A stretch of DNA of 63,691 nt, counting the filler, from Globobulimina sp. (lineage: Eukaryota), in NCBI GenBank assembly GCA_003354225.1. It is 12 parts of 12 records of this genome, joined end to end, with 100 filler letters (N's around TTAATTAATTAA, not from the genome) between each part and the next. Parts side by side here need not be neighbours in the genome. Positions count along the whole stretch, not along the records: positions 58,488 to 63,691 come from PIVH01000673.1; 11 more parts are not named here. One strand, 5' to 3'. Made by a program: the position numbers and the translations under genes. Shown here piece by piece: positions 61,371 through 63,691 of this stretch (its first letter is position 1; every line of letters starts with the position of its first letter). Below the pieces are notes generated by a model, which was given only the letters and a program-made list of their open reading frames with translations, made no database searches and was not told where the DNA came from.

Positions 61371-62303
61371 ATGGCGGTGCGAGGTTCCGCGTCTATAGAC
61401 ACCGGGCGATTTGCAAACAAAGACAAAGAATTTGAAAAGAAACTTTTGTTTCCACCAATATTAAAACAAAAGGTGAATATGAAAAAAGTTGTGTTCAATG
61501 CAGTGAAACCATGGATAAAACATGAAATTGATTCATTGTTAGGATTTGAAGATGATGTTGTGATTGGATTAATTTATAATTTATTAGAAAAAGAACAATA
61601 TCCAAATGGTCAATCGATTACTGTTAAATTGATGGGATTTTTAGAAAATGACACAATGGAATTTATGACTAAATTATGGGGACATTTAGTTGATGCAAAC
61701 AACAATAAGTTGGGAGGATTTATACCCACCAAATTATTGGCTGATGCTCATAAAAAACAAAAAATAAAAAAAGAAGGAAAATTAAAAAATGTTGAAAGGT
61801 TTCAATTAAAGAAAGAAATTGAACAAAAAATAAATCCTCCACTCTATTATGCGAATAATGGTAATCAGGACAGGAAAAGAAACAGATTGAATAATCGCAA
61901 TAAGTATAAAAATAATAATAATAATAATAATAATCGGAGACATTACTCATTTGATAGAAACGAGAAAGAGGAGCGAGACTCAATGAATTCAATATGGCCG
62001 CCATCACCATCACCACCTGCAATATTATCAAAACTAAGAGTATCATCACCTTCACCACCAATACAACTACAAAAAAATAAAAAATCGCATTCTCGCTCAA
62101 GTTCTCGGTCACGTTCTAGATCGAGACACAGGGCGAGATCGCGGAAAGGAAAAAGGAAAAACAACAGAAGAAAAACAAGACGTTCATACTCTCGCTCACA
62201 CTCTCGCTCATACTCTCGTTCATACTCTCGTTCATATTCGAGATCTCGGTCTCGGTCTCGGTCAAGATCGATTTCACGAGATAGAGGCAGATGGATGATG
62301 TGA
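61371..62303 (+). CDS. SRRM1: PWI-domain Ser/Arg repetitive matrix protein (SRm160)
   Basis: RGSASIDTGRFANK, KVNMKKV, KPWI, LLGFEDDVVI, LMGFLE, LWGHL and an RS tail. Confidence 0.9.
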   Translation: MAVRGSASIDTGRFANKDKEFEKKLLFPPILKQKVNMKKVVFNAVKPWIKHEIDSLLGFEDDVVIGLIYNLLEKEQYPNGQSITVKLMGFLENDTMEFMTKLWGHLVDANNNKLGGFIPTKLLADAHKKQKIKKEGKLKNVERFQLKKEIEQKINPPLYYANNGNQDRKRNRLNNRNKYKNNNNNNNNRRHYSFDRNEKEERDSMNSIWPPSPSPPAILSKLRVSSPSPPIQLQKNKKSHSRSSSRSRSRSRHRARSRKGKRKNNRRKTRRSYSRSHSRSYSRSYSRSYSRSRSRSRSRSISRDRGRWMM

Positions 62304-62348
62304 TATTGTAAAAGAATTATTTATGATCATACACGTTTTTGTGCCATA

Positions 62349-63691
62349 TCAAGCACGTTTATTTGGTGTTAGATCAGTCACATTTTCAATTGACTTTATT
62401 CCAACTTTATTGTCTTTAAAATAATATAATTTGGGAGGTTGTTGCATGTAATACTTTTTATTTGCGGCACGTTTTATTTCTTGAAATTGTTTCATGTTTT
62501 GAACAATTGGATCACTTTCTATTTTCATATATTTATATTTATAGTCACTATGATGCAATAAATGATGCAATTCGTCCAATGTCCTTATAACATCACATTC
62601 TTTTCTTGTTCTTTCAGATTTCCTTTTCCAATGAAATGGGAATGGATATGGCGGATGCGACTTTACCTAAAGGTTTGCAAATATTTTTGAGAAAAATTAT
62701 TTTGCTCTGCATGCATGTATTGGTGAATCTGGTTATTCCATTAACCTCTATAATTTGGACATAATGTGTTTGAACTTGTGATACATTGCAATCCATGAAT
62801 TAGTATCATATATAATCCAAATGATCGAAAAAGCCAGATTCACCAATACAGTACAGGCAGAAAAATAATTTTATTGATTTACAGTACCGGAAAACATTTA
62901 CGATTTGTTGTGTGGCAATCTTGTATTTGACATTGAATATCAGACAAATATTTATCGAAAAAATGAAATATTTTTAATGTATCAGATCTAGAAAATAATA
63001 AATCATCTCTGGTATGATTAATATCATCATCCTCGGAAACTAAATCCCGCAAAACACCGCAATCAGTCATCGCATCCATAATTATATTTTGCAAATGTTC
63101 ATAATCAGCGCGTAATCGTTAGTAATTATAATGTGGTAATACAGATAAAAATGCTTTTTGCGTTATCCAATATGGTGATGGCTCATTTATTTGTCCCTGG
63201 ACGCTGATATAACAAGTATCTTTATTCCAAATATGTATATATTGCGCCATTGGTGTTAATCTTTCAATATAAGAACAGTAATCATATTTATGGTCATTGC
63301 AGCGTGCGTAAGAAAAATGCTTTTCTAAATAATCTTTACATAAAATATCACTCCATATTTTAAATACGGGCAATAATTTAATTGCTTGATATAAAATAAA
63401 ACCTAATTTAATCCATTTCTCTTTACGAATGCCTGCCGTATCATTATCATTGGTATCTTCATAATATCCATCTTCTTTTTTATTTTCATCATTCTCTTCC
63501 TCTGTTGATATATAATCATATTCATAACGAAAATGATCGATTATCATTGACCCATCGCCATCTGCGGAGAGTACAAATTCCTCCAAATCATCCAAAATAG
63601 ATTCGATATCTTCAAATTCTTGCGACTGACAATAATCGTGTAATTCATCAAAGTATTGATCAATTCGCATGGCGCGCATTAATAACTTAAT
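62349..63691 (-). CDS. 5'-partial fragmented or multi-exon gene of unknown function
   Basis: Collinear minus-strand ORFs 63119..63679, 62879..63094 and 62349..62579. Splicing was not resolved; it may be a pseudogene. Confidence 0.4.

Noticed and set aside
62180-62280. 12-bp and 6-bp tandem repeats
   Set aside because: They encode the RS domain of SRRM1.
1-63691. Alternative genetic code or stop-codon readthrough to explain the broken ORFs
   Set aside because: Most breaks resolve as canonical in-phase GT-AG introns, and ORFs over 1000 aa are open in the standard code.
1-63691. tRNA, rRNA or snRNA genes
   Set aside because: None recognised by eye. A tRNAscan-SE/Infernal run would be needed to exclude them.

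Overview
This window is not one locus. It is 12 unrelated contigs of about 5.2 kb each, in decreasing length order, joined by artificial 100-bp spacers (N44-TTAATTAATTAA-N44). The DNA is eukaryotic, AT-rich and gene-dense. It uses the standard code, has mostly short (about 55-135 bp) GT-AG introns, and has head-to-head gene gaps of only 50-170 bp. The protein families and composition suggest a rhizarian protist, most likely a foraminiferan (inference only). Recognisable genes: a WW + PI3K-RBD fragment, an EF-hand protein, a class I cNMP phosphodiesterase, a VWA-tail/mu-homology fusion, mitochondrial uL2, a GH5, an S53 peptidase homologue, two divergent glutamine synthetase II genes, a CAP-Gly/phosphagen-kinase fusion, a PfkB kinase, VPS2, an E2/ubiquitin-like fusion, a GH25 lysozyme, an ART-like protein, a beta-helix secreted protein, an F-box/ankyrin protein, a TLDc protein, a TMEM115 fragment, a decayed LINE, a two-pore K+ channel and SRRM1. 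The most interesting observations are: (1) an E2 with a natural catalytic Cys-to-Lys change, fused to a GG-ending ubiquitin-like domain; (2) a CAP-Gly-tethered phosphagen pseudokinase; (3) a complete PDE gene apparently nested antisense inside an intron of a coiled-coil gene; (4) a VWA-tail/MHD fusion; and (5) a mosaic inverted GS pair. All family calls come from motif recognition by eye. No database searches were run.
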